Below, piece by piece: positions 62,066 through 64,000 of a stretch of 64,000 nt of DNA. The translations under genes and the position numbers were made by a program. Location of the stretch: NCBI GenBank assembly GCA_963836185.1, contig CAWIIQ010000001.1:2080001-2144000 (forward strand), written 5' to 3'. The number at the start of each line of letters is the position of its first letter. Position 1 is the stretch's first letter. The stretch comes from Candidatus Krumholzibacteriia bacterium (GTDB lineage: Bacteria > Krumholzibacteriota > Krumholzibacteriia > Krumholzibacteriales > Krumholzibacteriaceae). The notes under the pieces are model-generated. The model worked only from the letters and a program-made list of their open reading frames with translations, had not been told where the DNA came from and did not search any database.

Positions 62066-64000
62066 CGTTCGACCCCCTTGCTGTAAAACCACCGCGGATA
62101 TCTGCCGGTCAGACAGGGGATGACCGACCGGGCCATAAGCAGGATTCTTCCCGCAAAAGTCTGATTGTTCAACATCAATATTTCATCCGCCTCCGCGTCA
62201 TCCGGAGCGGCGGCCGGATCTACCCTCCACGAACCTGATATGCCGGGCCTGAGGACGGGCCATCCACCAGGGGTGCCTGAAGGCCGCGCCGGAGGCCCGA
62301 TCAGCGAAAGTCGTCCCGCGATGAGTTGAAGGGACAGAAGCGGCTTCACCAGATCCGAGGCCTCCCGTCCCGATCCCATCACTGCCCTCGGCCATCGAAG
62401 ATCGCCCCGCGCTCCCTTCCTCGTCTCTGTAAAGATCCTCACTCCTCCCCCGATCCTGCCCAGGGTCGCAAAGAAGGTATAGCAGAGGACCGAGACGGGA
62501 AAGAGGATCATGCCGGCGGCAAGATCGATGAGCCTCTGCATCCCCCGGGTAAGAAGGAAGGAGGTCCCTCTTTCGACCGAAAACATATATACGCCGCCCA
62601 TCCTCTCGGAACGGGTATCGCGGCCCGTCACCCGTGCCGCCGGAGATACGATATTTATCCTCAGGGATTTCGAGGCCGGACCGGTCATGATCCTCACGAT
62701 CGTGTCGTCCCTGACCGCGGAGGGCAGGATCATCAGTTCCTGGACCCTGAATCTCTCGACTACCGACTGGAGGTCCCCTATCCCGCCAAGCGCTCCCTCA
62801 CCATCTCCCACGCGCCCGATTATATCGATCCCCGCCGCTGGATTGTCGGACGCCTGAGCCGTGAATTCAGCCGCCTCCTCCGCATTCCCTGCAAGAAGGA
62901 CCCTTCTGAGGTCGAAGCTCGCGGAAACGAGGGCGCCGTGCACCCTGCGGATCAACCTTCTGGACATCGTGACGAGGATCACGGAAAAGACCGCGTGCCC
63001 GAGCAGTACCGCACGGGAGAATATCCTCACCTTCGTAAGGTACGAAGCCGTAAGAAGGACCGCGAATATTATCAGTACCGCCCTGAACACCGAGGAGAGT
63101 TCCTCGGCGAGCCCGGTCCCCCTTCTGATCCTGTACAGGCCGGTCGAGGTGAACGTGACAAGAAACAGGAAATTGAAAAATATTATAAATATCGAATACC
63201 AGCTGAGTGGATAGAGGCTGTTCTCGAAAAGGGGCTGAAGCGCTCCCCTGAGGTAGTAGGCAGCTAGGAAGCTCACGTTTATCGCTATCAGGTCGCTGAC
63301 GACGAAAACAAGCGACTTGATCGTACCCCTGTGGCGCCTCAGGAAATGGAATATGGTGTTCCACTTCTCGTAATAGCGCAGAAGGCTGAGCAGATGAAGG
63401 AGAAACGGTCTGCTCAACATCGATTTCGCGCTGGACCGTTCGTATGTGTGTATCATAACCGATTCGGGAACGTACCATACCTGCCTTCCATGCTGGTTCA
63501 TGCGGTAGCACCAATCGGTATCCTCGAAATAGAGGAAGAACCTCTCGTCCATCAGCCCCACTTCCTCGACTGCCTCTCGGCGGACGATCATGCAGGCGCC
63601 GATAAGCCAGTCGACCTCCCTCGCTCCGGCGTGGTTATAATCGCTCATCAGATGGTCCCGGAGCGCCTTCGCCCGGGGAAAGAGCTTCCCGAAGAATGTC
63701 CGCCTCAGGAAGAGGGCCCTGATCGTATAGAACGCCCGGCAGGAAGGCTGAACCGAACCATCGGGGAAAACTAGCTTTGAACCTGCGATACCTGCTTCCC
63801 GCTTTTCTTCCATGAACCTGACAAGCGCGTCGATCGAATCCTCCATGACGATGATGTCGGGATTGAGGATGAGGAAGTACCGGCCCGAGGAAGCGAGGAA
63901 GGCCTGGTTCACTCCCTTCGAATAACCCCTGTTGTCTTCGTTCGCTATCAGCCGCACGAAGGGGAACGACTCGCGGATCAGCGCCTGGGTCCCGTCGCCG
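62062..64000 (-). CDS. GT2 glycosyltransferase fused to a WcaJ/WbaP-like sugar-transferase module (5' truncated by the window edge)
   Basis: N.GY..G.N, LNPD, GACM, FFLYFEDTDWC (GT2); then 4 TM helices, a CoA-binding-like domain and 'QRLID...SLIGP...RPGISG.W.V'; the frame is open to position 64000. Confidence 0.85.
   Translation of the reverse strand, partial: GDGTQALIRESFPFVRLIANEDNRGYSKGVNQAFLASSGRYFLILNPDIIVMEDSIDALVRFMEEKREAGIAGSKLVFPDGSVQPSCRAFYTIRALFLRRTFFGKLFPRAKALRDHLMSDYNHAGAREVDWLIGACMIVRREAVEEVGLMDERFFLYFEDTDWCYRMNQHGRQVWYVPESVMIHTYERSSAKSMLSRPFLLHLLSLLRYYEKWNTIFHFLRRHRGTIKSLVFVVSDLIAINVSFLAAYYLRGALQPLFENSLYPLSWYSIFIIFFNFLFLVTFTSTGLYRIRRGTGLAEELSSVFRAVLIIFAVLLTASYLTKVRIFSRAVLLGHAVFSVILVTMSRRLIRRVHGALVSASFDLRRVLLAGNAEEAAEFTAQASDNPAAGIDIIGRVGDGEGALGGIGDLQSVVERFRVQELMILPSAVRDDTIVRIMTGPASKSLRINIVSPAARVTGRDTRSERMGGVYMFSVERGTSFLLTRGMQRLIDLAAGMILFPVSVLCYTFFATLGRIGGGVRIFTETRKGARGDLRWPRAVMGSGREASDLVKPLLSLQLIAGRLSLIGPPARPSGTPGGWPVLRPGISGSWRVDPAAAPDDAEADEILMLNNQTFAGRILLMARSVIPCLTGRYPRWFYSKGVER

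Overview
GC-rich bacterial chromosomal window, almost entirely minus-strand and densely coding. Gene content suggests an uncultured diderm FCB-superphylum lineage such as Krumholzibacteriota/Latescibacterota (inference from a T9SS/FlgD-type C-terminal domain, acidic lipoprotein signals and myxobacteria-like signalling proteins). From right to left it holds: a translationally coupled glycan-biosynthesis operon with an embedded PorZ-like T9SS protein (52-64 kb); a dcw cluster (mraZ-STAS-rsmH-ftsL-ftsI-murE-murF-mraY-murD-ftsW-murG-murC-ftsQ-ftsA-ftsZ) followed by a TPR and a radical SAM gene; rpmB; recG-HD-zinc ribbon/RomX-like-RsbW-like genes; a PatA/PimA-like acyltransferase-glycosyltransferase-MFS operon; an orphan MglA-like GTPase behind a sigma54-type promoter; outer-membrane protein genes; a TPR-Wzi-UbiA(DGGGPS-like)-uppP operon; valS-rodZ-uvrB-nadC-birA-coaX; and CIRCE-controlled groES-groEL. 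Many essential genes carry single-base frameshifts, most likely assembly errors. No tRNA, rRNA, CRISPR array or mobile element was seen. All family assignments come from motif recognition and remembered sequences, not from database searches.
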